A stretch of DNA of 64,000 nucleotides. Source: an uncultured Thermoplasmata archaeon. GTDB taxonomy: Archaea > Thermoplasmatota > Thermoplasmata > RBG-16-68-12. Positions within the stretch are counted from its first letter, which is position 1. Each line of letters starts with the position of its first letter. The stretch lies in assembly GCA_963768855.1 (NCBI GenBank), contig CAVYJM010000006.1:672001-736000 (forward strand), in the 5' to 3' direction. Below, piece after piece: positions 48,064 to 57,630 of this stretch. The translations under genes and the position numbers were made by a program. The notes below the pieces were generated by a model. The model was not told the origin of the DNA. It was given only the letters and a program-made list of their open reading frames with translations, and did no database searches.

Positions 48064-48363
48064 TCACACCCTCTCCGGGTTCTCTCTATCTCCGCCCCTA
48101 TGGTGCGAGCAGGTGGGACGGCATTCAGGAGCAAGGGATGGCCGGGTCAGGCCAGGAATCTTTCGGTTGAGTTCCCAGATCGGGTCCCAGCTTGTCTACA
48201 ACCCCGGTCGTTTGTTGTGCACCAGCTTGCGGATTTCTCAAGTGGCTAAAGGAAAAGGTCCGTCCTCATGGGCGGGCATGAGGGGACGGAGACCTCCGAG
48301 AAACGCCTACCGCGACGCGAAATCGCCGACCCCCTACTTGAGGTCGCAAAATAGGGAGAGGAG

Positions 48364-48477
48364 TCCCGCCTCCCGGATTTGAACCGGGGGCCTGATGATG
48401 CCAGCGGGCACCGCGGACGCCCTGTCCGCGGGAGCACTCTACAGTCACCCGCTCTGACCAGGCTGAGCTAAGGCGGG
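48364..48477 (-). tRNA. tRNA-Tyr(GTA) with 39-nt intron at position 37/38 (intron 48400-48438)
   Basis: Acceptor stem CCCGCCT/AGGCGGG (C1-G72), TTCAAAT T-loop, anticodon GTA at 48440-48442, intron hairpin CCGCGGAC/GTCCGCGG. Confidence 0.93.
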
Positions 48478-48537
48478 ACGAGCGACGAACGGTTCTCCCG
48501 ATAAAAAGGTTGTCTAGGACTCGCGCCCCGAATGGAG

Positions 48538-48611
48538 TGCCGCGGGCCGGGCTCGAACCGGCGACTTCGAGATCTTCAGTCTCGCACTCTCCCAAACTGA
48601 GTTACCGCGGC
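48538..48611 (-). tRNA. tRNA-Phe(GAA)
   Basis: GCCGCGG acceptor stem, CGAGA-CTGAAGA-TCTCG anticodon arm, TTCGAGC T-loop, 74 nt. Confidence 0.96.
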
Positions 48612-48725
48612 GCGACGCGACCGAACGGTTGGCGGGAGAAATAGTTTGCCCTGCCCGTCTTCAGACCTCCCGTCCTGAGGGGGCTGACCTGCAACCTTAT
48701 CGTCTCCCCGTCCATCCCCGCGGCG

Positions 48726-50146
48726 ATGAAGGAAATCGCGCCTCCCGAAGTGTACCGCGCCCTCGAGCAGCGTTTCCCCGAGGGACTCGAGAAGACCCGC
48801 CAGCTCCTGCGCCAGCCGAGCGTCAGTGCGACGGGGGAGGGGATTCCCGAGTGCGCCGAGATGGTCCGCTCGCATCTCGCCGAGCTGGGATGCAAGACGA
48901 AGACCTTCGCCAAGGGTGGGCACCCGCTCGTCATCGGCTATCTGGACGTCGGGGCGGACACGACCCTCGTCGAATACGAGATGTACGATGTGCAGCCCGT
49001 GGGGGACCTGAAGACATGGCGCTCGCCGCCGTTCGCGGCGGAGATCCACGACGTCGAAGCGGTCGGCCCGTCGGTCGTCTCCCGCGGCTCGACGAACTCC
49101 AAGGGGGCGCTCATGGGCCATCTCCACACGTGGAGGGTGATCCGCGACGTGGACGAGCTGCCCGTGAATCTGAAGATCCTGGCGGAGGGCGAAGAAGAGA
49201 TCAGCAGCGCGAACTTCATCGAGTTCATCCGCACGCACCGCCCTGAGCTCAAGGCGGACGCCGCGATCGCGAACGACTACACGGAGGACCTGCGAGGCGT
49301 CCCGACCGTTTACCTCGGAGTCAAGGGATGTCTCTACCTGACGGTCTGGTCACGGGGCAACCCGAAGAAGGGCGGGCCCATGGAGAGCCGAGATTCACAG
49401 CTCGAACGCGGTGTGGATCAACTCCCCGGTCTGGCGGCTCGTGCAGGCCCTCGACACGCTCGTCGACCGCAAGACCCAGCGGCCGATCGTCGAAGGCTTC
49501 TGGGACGATGTGCGCCCGCCGACCAGGCGGGACCTCGAGATGGTCCGCACGCTCTCCAAGAGGTTCGACCCGAAGGCCTGGCTCCGCGAGGAGCGCACGG
49601 CCAAGTTCAAGTACGATCTCCCCAAGGCGAAGCTCCTGCGGAAGTATCTCTTCGATCCGACGATCAACCTCTGCGGCATCTATGCCGGCTACATCGACCA
49701 CGGCGGCACGAAGACCGTCCTGCCGCATGAGGCATACGCGAAGATCGACATCCGGCTCGTGAAGGACATGACGGTCGAGGGCACGTTGCGCAAGCTCCGC
49801 GCCCACCTCAAGAAGCACGGGTTCGAGGACCTCGAGATCCAGGTGCACGGACCGTACGGAGCGGCGAAGACGGACCCCGACTCTTGGATCGCGAAGGCGG
49901 CCGTCGACGCGGTGCGCGCCCATGACCGGGAACCGGAGGTGTGGCCCACGAGCGCGGGGCACGATGCCCGCGTTCGCCTTCGACGAGTACCTGAAGCTTC
50001 CCTGGGTCGCGTCGGGACTCGGTCACGGATCCGGCGCCCATGCGCCGAATGAGTACGCCTCGATCGACGGGATGAAGAGGTTCATGCTCGGCGAGGCGAC
50101 CCTCGTCTACGCCGCGGCGAAGATGCATTCCGCTCGCCGGTCCTGA
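48726..50146 (+). pseudogene. M20 family peptidase, split by two +1 frameshifts (about 49389 and 49956-49959)
   Basis: YDVQP, GEEE, then after the shift EIHSS...W..VQAL, KIDIRLV, then after the second shift GTMP...GHGSGAHAPNEY. Confidence 0.8.
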
Positions 50147-50289
50147 GCGGATGCATTTCGGGGCTGGCAATTGTACGAAAACGGTCGATTCGCGCCCTGA
50201 AAATGACCACGAATTTTCCGCCCCGTCGAACCGCGCGTCCTATGGAGAAAATCGACTCATTCTCACTCGTGGAATTTCAGCACGACACC

Positions 50290-50297
50290 TATAAATA
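50290..50297 (+). promoter_or_regulatory. putative TATA box of the pilus operon
   Basis: TATAAATA about 60 nt upstream of the ATG at 50358. Confidence 0.55.
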
Positions 50298-50357
50298 GCG
50301 TTACCCGGGTTGGCGCGACGTAATGCCCACCGGAGAGGGTTCTATACAGGTGACTCG

Positions 50358-51365
50358 ATGGTCCTTGTGATCCGTCGCAATTTGCGTAGGGACGAGCGCG
50401 GTGTTGCGTCGACCGTCGGGACGATCATGGCGCTCCTCGTCTTCCTGACGTTCCTCAGCCTGATTGTGAACCAGTACGTCCCGGTATGGATGAAGGACTC
50501 GGAAGCTACCCACATGGACACGGCGGTCGCCCAGTTCGCCGACGTCAAGGGGGCCATCGACTTCTCCGTCCTCGGCGCCCTGATGGCCCAGAACGCGGGC
50601 CCCGGCGCGATTTTCGTGCCGCCTACAGCGTCCACTTCGGTCACGTTAGGCGTCGATGGGGTGCCGATCTTCTCGAGTCCGACCACGGGCGTGCTGAACG
50701 CGAACCCGGACGGAGGGCCCTGGAACCTGAGCTTCGAGTACTGCATCAGGGTCAACGACGTCTGCACGAACACCCATGTCGACCAGAACGCGAGCGGACA
50801 ACTGGACCTCGTGATCCAGAACCGCTACTACCTGACCGGGGACATCGTCTACGAGAATGGGGCGGTCATCCGCTCCCAGTCGGACGGTCAGGTCGTGCGC
50901 GCCTCTCCGATCTTCCAGATCACGCCGAGCGCCACGAACCTTTCCGTCGCGTTCGAGCTCGTCAACCTCTATGGAGCCGGGAGCGCCGCCGGGACCACCA
51001 CCCAGATCGTCGACACGAAGGTCATTGGCGTGAACCAGCAGGTTTACGCAGGCCTGACGAAGAACCTCACGATCCGCCACACCTCGGCGTACGGCCTCGC
51101 CTGGTTCAACTTCTTCAACTCGACGCTCTCCTCCGGACTAAGGGTCACCCAGTACGTCTACTCCTCCCGCTTCGGGACCACCCAGGTGATCGGGACATTG
51201 CCGGGGACCACCAGCGCCATCTACACGATCGCGATGAATTTCGTGCCGGCGACGGGTTTGTACTCGCTGACGTTGAACATCTCACCCACGCCGCTCAGCC
51301 TCGCTTTCACTCTCCAGCAAGCGTTCGTGAACGTCGGAGTGGGACAGACTTCCAACGGGGTGTGA
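50358..51365 (+). CDS. large archaeal type IV pilin-like protein
   Basis: Class III signal peptide RRDERG|VASTVGTIMALLVFLTFLSLIV, QYVPVW, many N-x-S/T sequons. Confidence 0.82.
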   Translation: MVLVIRRNLRRDERGVASTVGTIMALLVFLTFLSLIVNQYVPVWMKDSEATHMDTAVAQFADVKGAIDFSVLGALMAQNAGPGAIFVPPTASTSVTLGVDGVPIFSSPTTGVLNANPDGGPWNLSFEYCIRVNDVCTNTHVDQNASGQLDLVIQNRYYLTGDIVYENGAVIRSQSDGQVVRASPIFQITPSATNLSVAFELVNLYGAGSAAGTTTQIVDTKVIGVNQQVYAGLTKNLTIRHTSAYGLAWFNFFNSTLSSGLRVTQYVYSSRFGTTQVIGTLPGTTSAIYTIAMNFVPATGLYSLTLNISPTPLSLAFTLQQAFVNVGVGQTSNGV

Positions 51366-51371
51366 GGTGCG

Positions 51372-53024
51372 ATGCCGAAGCAGAAGAAAATCATGATGCC
51401 CAAGGGGTCGATGGCGCAGAAGGCCGAGTGGTCCGGGTCCCGCGGCTCCTACCTGACGCACATCCCTGATCTCGACCGGGACACGCTCGAGGAGATCGAG
51501 GTCATCCCGATCCGGGAGCCGTTCACGTACTCCCGCGTCGTCTACGACCACGACCGGTCCGAATACATCTACGAGGTCTGGGAGCCGCAGCTCGACGATC
51601 GGGAGAAGGAGCTCCTCGACATGCTCAAGGACTCCCTCCAGCGCACCCTCGAATATGAGTGGGACAAGATGGCCGAGAAGGACAAAAAGGAGTACCTCGA
51701 GGAGGCCGTCGAGTCGTTCATCCACTCCCGCGGCCTGCGTCTCGAGCCCGCGTCCCGCGACAAGATCGTCTACTACATCATCCGGGACTTCGTGGGCTAT
51801 GGGCCCGTGGACGTGCTCATGTCCGACGGCCGGATCGAAGACGTCTCCTGCGATGGGACGAACATCCCGCTGTTCATTTTCCACCAGAAGTACGAATCGA
51901 TCAAGACGAGCGTGATCTTCGAAGACGAGGACGTGCTCAACTCCTTCGCGGTCATGCTCGGACAGCGCTGCGGCAAGCAGATTTCCGTGGCGATGCCCAT
52001 CCTCGACGGAACGAGCGTCGAGGGCCACCGCGTCCAGGCGACGTACAGCAAGGAGGTCACGACCCGCGGCTCGTCCTTCACGATCCGGCGCTACAAGGAG
52101 AAGCCCTTCACGCCGGTCGAGCTTGTGAAGTTCGGGACCGCCAGCACCGAGATGGTGGCGTACCTGTGGATCGCCGTCGAGAACGGCAAGTCCATGATGG
52201 TCTGCGGCGGGACCGCGTCCGGGAAGACGGCCACCCTGAACAGCGCCGCGCTGTTCATCCGTCCCGGGGCGAAGATTGTCTCGATCGAGGACACCCGCGA
52301 GATCAACCTGCCCCACCAGAACTGGATCCCGGGAACGACCCGCACAGGGGTCGGGGAGCGCGGCGCGGACGGCAAGGCCGGAGGCGAGATCGACATGTAC
52401 GATCTCGTGCGCGCAGCGCTGCGCCAGCGTCCGAACTACATCCTGGTCGGTGAGGTCCGTGGCAAGGAGACGTACACGATGTTCCAAGCCATGGCCACCG
52501 GGCACCCGACGATGTCCACGATGCACGCGGACTCCGTCAAGTCGATGGTCAACCGGCTGGAGAACCCGCCGATCAACACGCCGAGGATCCTGCTCACCGC
52601 CCTGAACTTCGTGATCATCCAGACCCACGCCCGCATCGGCGACTCGATCGTGCGCCGCATCAAGCAGATTGTGGAGCTGGTCGGGTTCGAGCCTGAGACG
52701 AACGAGTTGATCACGAACACGGTCTACGAGTGGGACCCCGCCACGGACACCTTCGTGTACAAGGGGCACTCCTTCCTCTTCGACGAGATCATGGAAATGA
52801 AGAACATGACCCATGAGGAGATGGAGGCGGAGTTCCAGCGCCGCATCGACATCATCAACTACATGGTCGAGAAGTCGATAACGGACTTCCGCGACATCGC
52901 GAAGCTCGTCGTGTCCTACTACCAGTATCCGGAGGAGACCGCGAAGCGGATCCGGGACGAGATGGGCTGGACCGAGCAACGTGCTGAGAAGCCCCTCGAG
53001 GCGGGAGGTGAGGCCGTTGGGTAA
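51372..53024 (+). CDS. type IV pilus/archaellum-family secretion ATPase (ArlI/VirB11-like)
   Basis: IEDVSCDG, TIRRY, GGTASGKT, SIEDTRE, LRQRPNYILVGEVRG, TGH..STMHA. Confidence 0.95.
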   Translation: MPKQKKIMMPKGSMAQKAEWSGSRGSYLTHIPDLDRDTLEEIEVIPIREPFTYSRVVYDHDRSEYIYEVWEPQLDDREKELLDMLKDSLQRTLEYEWDKMAEKDKKEYLEEAVESFIHSRGLRLEPASRDKIVYYIIRDFVGYGPVDVLMSDGRIEDVSCDGTNIPLFIFHQKYESIKTSVIFEDEDVLNSFAVMLGQRCGKQISVAMPILDGTSVEGHRVQATYSKEVTTRGSSFTIRRYKEKPFTPVELVKFGTASTEMVAYLWIAVENGKSMMVCGGTASGKTATLNSAALFIRPGAKIVSIEDTREINLPHQNWIPGTTRTGVGERGADGKAGGEIDMYDLVRAALRQRPNYILVGEVRGKETYTMFQAMATGHPTMSTMHADSVKSMVNRLENPPINTPRILLTALNFVIIQTHARIGDSIVRRIKQIVELVGFEPETNELITNTVYEWDPATDTFVYKGHSFLFDEIMEMKNMTHEEMEAEFQRRIDIINYMVEKSITDFRDIAKLVVSYYQYPEETAKRIRDEMGWTEQRAEKPLEAGGEAVG

Positions 53025-54057
53025 CTCGGCCTTCGCGAAGCTCGAGACCCGCGGCACCCTGACCAAGACGAAGCGCACCCGCCCCGGCCAGGAAGAGCCC
53101 GTGGAGGGCGCGCACCTGGTGAAGCTCCCGAAGGGGGCCAAGCCGGTCAACGTCAGCCTGTCCCCGCGGGAGCAGCTCGCCTGGCGCACATTCGGCAAGT
53201 TCGTTCAGGCCCGAGAGCGCGAGAACCAGGAACTGGAGGACAACCTGCTGAAGGCCCACATCCGGCTGCGCCCCGAGGAATACCTCGCGGTGGCCTGGAT
53301 GAACACGACCATCGCGGCGGTCGCCGCGGTTGTGACGGCCTTCGCGGCGATCGTCCTGCTCTCGTTCCTCCACGTGGACATCGTGACGCTCCTCATCATC
53401 TTCGCCCTCGTCGCGGCCGTTCCGATCTTCCTCTCGTACATGTATTCCTTCGGCCTGCCCATCGGCTACAAGGGCAAGCCCGCGGCCCTCTCGAAGAAGC
53501 GCGGCCGCAAGATCGACAAGAAGATCTCCGGCGCGATGTCCTTCGTCTCGGCGATGGCGTCCGCGGACGTCCCGGTCGACGTCATCTTCAAGGAGCTCTC
53601 CAAGCAGCAGGTCTACGGCGAGGTCGCCCGCGAGGCGGAGTGGATCACCCGGGACACGGAGTTGCTCGGCCTGGACATCCTGACGGCCATCCGCCACGCG
53701 GCGCAGCGCTCCCCCTCCCCGAAGTTCCAGGACTTCCTCCAGGGCGTCGTCACGACGTCCACGAGCGGTGGCCAGCTGAAGCCCTACTTCCTCATGAAGG
53801 CGGAGCAGTTCGAGAAGGAAGACCGCCTCGAGATGCGGAAGAAGATGGAGACGCTCGGGATGCTCGCCGAGTCGTTCGTCACGGTCGTCGTGGCGTTCCC
53901 CCTGTTCCTGGTCGTCATCATGGCCATCATGGCGCTGATCAGCAAGGGCGGGACCGGGTTCATCCTGGAGCTGCTTTACGTGGTCGTCGCCCTGATGATC
54001 CCCATCAGCCAGTTCGGATTCATCTTCGTGATTTGGAACATGGAGCAGGAGGGATAA
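53017..54057 (+). CDS. type II secretion system F / TadC-like platform protein
   Basis: TM helices, YGEVARE...G.DILTAI...SPSPKFQDFLQG...SGG. TTG start. Confidence 0.88.
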   Translation: MGNSAFAKLETRGTLTKTKRTRPGQEEPVEGAHLVKLPKGAKPVNVSLSPREQLAWRTFGKFVQARERENQELEDNLLKAHIRLRPEEYLAVAWMNTTIAAVAAVVTAFAAIVLLSFLHVDIVTLLIIFALVAAVPIFLSYMYSFGLPIGYKGKPAALSKKRGRKIDKKISGAMSFVSAMASADVPVDVIFKELSKQQVYGEVAREAEWITRDTELLGLDILTAIRHAAQRSPSPKFQDFLQGVVTTSTSGGQLKPYFLMKAEQFEKEDRLEMRKKMETLGMLAESFVTVVVAFPLFLVVIMAIMALISKGGTGFILELLYVVVALMIPISQFGFIFVIWNMEQEG

Positions 54058-54058
54058 G

Positions 54059-54988
54059 ATGGCCCGACCCGACCTCGAGCAGGCACGCATCCGGCTCTAC
54101 GAGAAGGCAGACCGCTCGAAGTTCGTCCTGGGCATCAGCATCGCCCTCTTGGTGATCTTCGGCTTCATTGCCGCCCTCAACCTGATTGGATCCGTGGAGA
54201 TCGGCTTCCGCGCGAACGCGCAGCCCACGGACAACTTCCTGAACTGGCTCGTCATCGCCATCATGGGCTTCGTCGGCCCCTACGGCTTCTACATGGCCCG
54301 CAAGCAGCGGGAGGTCAAGCAAATCGAGCGCCGGCTCCCCGACTTCCTCCGCGACGTCGCGGAGGCGGGCCGGTTCGGCATGACCCTCGCCGAGGCCATC
54401 GTCGTGTCGAGCGGAGGGCGCTACGGCCGGCTGACCCCCGAGATCAAGAAGATGGCGGCCCAGATCAGCTGGGGCGTCCCGGCCACGGAAGCCCTGCGCC
54501 TCTTCGCGGAGCGCGTCAAGACACCCGCCGTGCAGCGGGTCGTCGCGATCATCGTGAAGTCCTCCGACGCCGGAGGCGACGTCGCGGACGTGCTGACGAT
54601 GGTCTCCCATGACACGAAGGAGAACCAGCTCACGGAGGACGAGCGGAGGATCACGATGTCGACGTACATCGCGGTCATCTACATCTCGTTCCTGGTGTTC
54701 CTGGTGACGATCTTCATCCTGGACGCGACCTTCCTGCCGAAGATGGTGGAAGCGAGCGGAGCCCTCGGTGCGGGCGCGGGCGGCGCCCTCGCGGGCAACA
54801 GCCCCCTCGCCGCGAACCTGCCGGAGGTCGTCCAGCAGATCAAGATCGCGTTCTTCATCGCGCTGATCGTGCACGGCCTGGGCGACGGGATCCTGGCGGG
54901 CGTCCTCGACAACGGGAAGATCCCCACGGGCCTGCGCCACAGCTTCATCATGCTCCTGATTGCCCTGCTCGGAGTCCAGATCATCTGA
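54059..54988 (+). CDS. type II secretion system F / TadC-like platform protein
   Basis: LPDFLRDVAEA...GMTL, YGRLTPEI, GGDVADVL, GLRHS. Confidence 0.9.
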   Translation: MARPDLEQARIRLYEKADRSKFVLGISIALLVIFGFIAALNLIGSVEIGFRANAQPTDNFLNWLVIAIMGFVGPYGFYMARKQREVKQIERRLPDFLRDVAEAGRFGMTLAEAIVVSSGGRYGRLTPEIKKMAAQISWGVPATEALRLFAERVKTPAVQRVVAIIVKSSDAGGDVADVLTMVSHDTKENQLTEDERRITMSTYIAVIYISFLVFLVTIFILDATFLPKMVEASGALGAGAGGALAGNSPLAANLPEVVQQIKIAFFIALIVHGLGDGILAGVLDNGKIPTGLRHSFIMLLIALLGVQII

Positions 54989-54997
54989 GGTGAAAGC

Positions 54998-56813
54998 ATG
55001 TCCCAGTCCACGGAATCGGATTACTCGGAGACCCTCGAGGACCTCGACCAGAAGAAGGCCAAGGTGGCCGCGCGCGTTCAGCGGCTGGAGGCCGAGAAGG
55101 TCGAGGCCCAGAAGATGCTCGCCCAGATCGAGGAGAAGCGCAAGAGGACCCTGTTCGCGGCCCTCGACTCGATCAAGAAGCGGTACTTCGGACGCCTCCT
55201 CGGCGACAAGGGCATCAAGGTCAAGGCGCCCCGCGTCAGCGGCGTCGAGGAGGCGACCCTCGGCAAGATCACGACGATCCCGAAGATCGTCGAGCGCAAC
55301 ATGAACGAGATCGAGATCCAGCCGATCCTGAAGAACTACTCGTACGTGCGGATTCTGTACGATACCCTCGCCAACGAGTATTTCTACGAGGTGATCGAGC
55401 CGAAGCTCATCGAGGAAGAGTCGGAGCTCCTGGATGTCCTGAAGGAGATCATCGTCGCCAATCTCGAGCTCATGGAGGACGCGGACAAGGCCCAGAAGGA
55501 GACCTACCTCCGCCGCGTCGTCGACGGCCTGCTCCGCGAACTCGGCGTCGAGCTTCACCCGGTCTCCAAGGAGCGGATTATCTACTACATCATCCGGGAC
55601 TTCATGCGATACGGCGCGATTGATGTCGTGATGACGGATGCCCAGGTCGAAGATGTCTCCTGCGACGGTGTCTTGGTGCCCTTCTACATCTACCACCGCA
55701 AGTACGGCTCCATCCCGGCGAACCTGAAGTTCGACAACGCGGAGGAACTCGACTCCTTCGTCATCTGGCTCGCCCAGCGCTGCGGCAAGCACATCTCCGT
55801 GGCGCAGCCCATGCTCGACGCGACGATCCCGGACGGCTCGCGTCTCCAGGCGACCCTCGGCATGCACGTCACCAAGCGTGGGTCCTCCTTCACGATCCGG
55901 CGGTTCCGCGAGAACCCCTTCACGCCGCTCGACATGATCCGGTTCAAGACCTTGTCGCCCGAGATGGCCTCGTACCTCTGGCTGGCAATCGAGAACGGAC
56001 AGTCGCATGCTGATCTGCGGCGGCACGGCGTCGGGCAAGACGACCACCCTCAACGCGATCCTGCTGTTCATCCCACCCCAGATGAAGATCGTGTCCATCG
56101 AGGACACGCGCGAGCTGAACCTGCCCCACGAGAACTGGGTCCCCCTGCTCACCCGCGGAGGTTTCGGCGGGAAGAGTGTTTCCACCGGCAAGGCGGCTGG
56201 CGAGATCGACATGTTCGATCTGCTGACCGCGGCTCTCCGCCAGCGCCCGCAGTACATGATGGTCGGTGAGGTCCGAGGTTCCGAGGCGTTCGTCGTGTTC
56301 CAGGCCATGGCCACCGGCAAGTCGGCGTACACGACGTTCCACGCGGATGACGTCCAGGCGATGGTCCACCGCCTCGAGAACGACCCGATCAACCTGCCGC
56401 GCGCCCTGGTCGCCGCACTGGACATCGTGCTCCTCCAGGCTCAGGTCAAGGTCGGCACGGACATGACGCGACGCGTCAAGTCGATCGTCGAAATCGTGGG
56501 GACGGATCCCGAATCGAACGAGCTGATCACGAACTCCGCATACACGTGGAACCCGGCGGATGACACGTTCAACTACTCCGGCCACAGCTACGTCTACGAG
56601 AAGATCTCGCTGGCCCGCAACTGGAACCAGCGACGCATGGAGCAGGAAGTGAAGCGCCGCCTGGACCTGTTCGAGTACATGAAGCGGACGGGCGTGCAGA
56701 ATTACCGCGAGGTCGCGAAGATCGTGTCCTCGTACTACAAGGACCCCGAGGGCATGATCAAGATCGTCCGCGACACCCTGGCGACCCAGGGCGTCCAGAC
56801 CGTCGCGGCCTGA
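54998..56813 (+). pseudogene. second type IV pilus ATPase with N-terminal coiled coil; +1 frameshift at about 56006, probably an artefact
   Basis: VEDVSCDG and TIRRF in the first frame. GGTASGKT, SIEDTRE and LRQRPQYMMVGEVRG in the second. One extra C in CAGTCG-C-ATG breaks the frame. Confidence 0.85.
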
Positions 56814-56929
56814 CCGCCCTACCGAGCCCCCTGACGACAGTCGCCCGACGCGGAGCGCGGTCCTCCCGCGATCTCCATGCGGTTGAGCGCCAACGCATAC
56901 GTAGCCCGGACGGCAGGGTCTTGCGGTCC

Positions 56930-57400
56930 TGGAAGAGCCCGGGAAGGACTTCGCCGTGCGGATGGACGTTCCGCTGGACCCCGGGACCGCATTCGAAACG
57001 TTCCTCGAGGATCTCCTTCCGGTCTCGCCTGTCTGGGGCTGAGCCTCGATCCGGTCCCGGACGGGCGCATCCCGCAGGCCGGACGGGAGGTGGGACGGGT
57101 CCTCACGTGGGAACCCGGGAAGCCGCCCGCCTCGAGCCGGACGCGCGAGCTCGCCGGCACGCCGGCCGCGCCCGAGCCCATGGCGTCCCGCATCCGCTTC
57201 TATGAGGACGACGAGCTCCGGCGACTCGCGCTGCAAGCGGATTTCGTGGAGGCTCATGCCGAGCGTCCGGAGCACGAAGGATTCGCCCGCGAGGCGGGAC
57301 TCTCGGAGGCCGAGGTGGCGTTTTTCCAAGCCACGGGCGGGGCGCAGCTGCTCACGGCCCGCAAGCCGCGACCGAGTCCTCGCCTCCGGGTCGGATCGGC
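56930..57400 (+). pseudogene. possible degraded gene remnant (SRPBCC-like / methyltransferase-like fragments)
   Basis: Protein-like peptides in different frames (AVRMDVPLDPGTAFETFLEDL; EVGRVLTWEPG; FYEDDELRRLA) with no clean ORF. Confidence 0.25.
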
Positions 57401-57630
57401 GGGGTCACAGGTGCATGACGAGCGGGGCGACGGAGGGCATCAGGAAGACGAGCGTCACGACGAACCGGGCGAGGAGGCGGCCCCTGGGCAGGACGGCGGG
57501 CAACGTCGCCGCATAGAAGGGTGAAGCCAAGGTCGTTCCGGAATCGTTCGGGGGAAGACGAACGGAGCGCCGGCGCTTCCGCTCGCCCACGAAAAATGAA
57601 GAAGGGAAAGGAAAGGGGAGGAAGGCGAGC

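Noticed and set aside
48726-56813. Programmed +1 ribosomal frameshifting at the M20 and ATPase breaks
   Set aside because: No shared slippery sequence or stimulatory structure, and a -1 case also occurs. Sequencing indels explain the pattern more simply.
50358-56813. Archaellum operon
   Set aside because: No recognisable archaellin, ArlF/G or ArlJ-type fused platform gene. The architecture fits a pilus.
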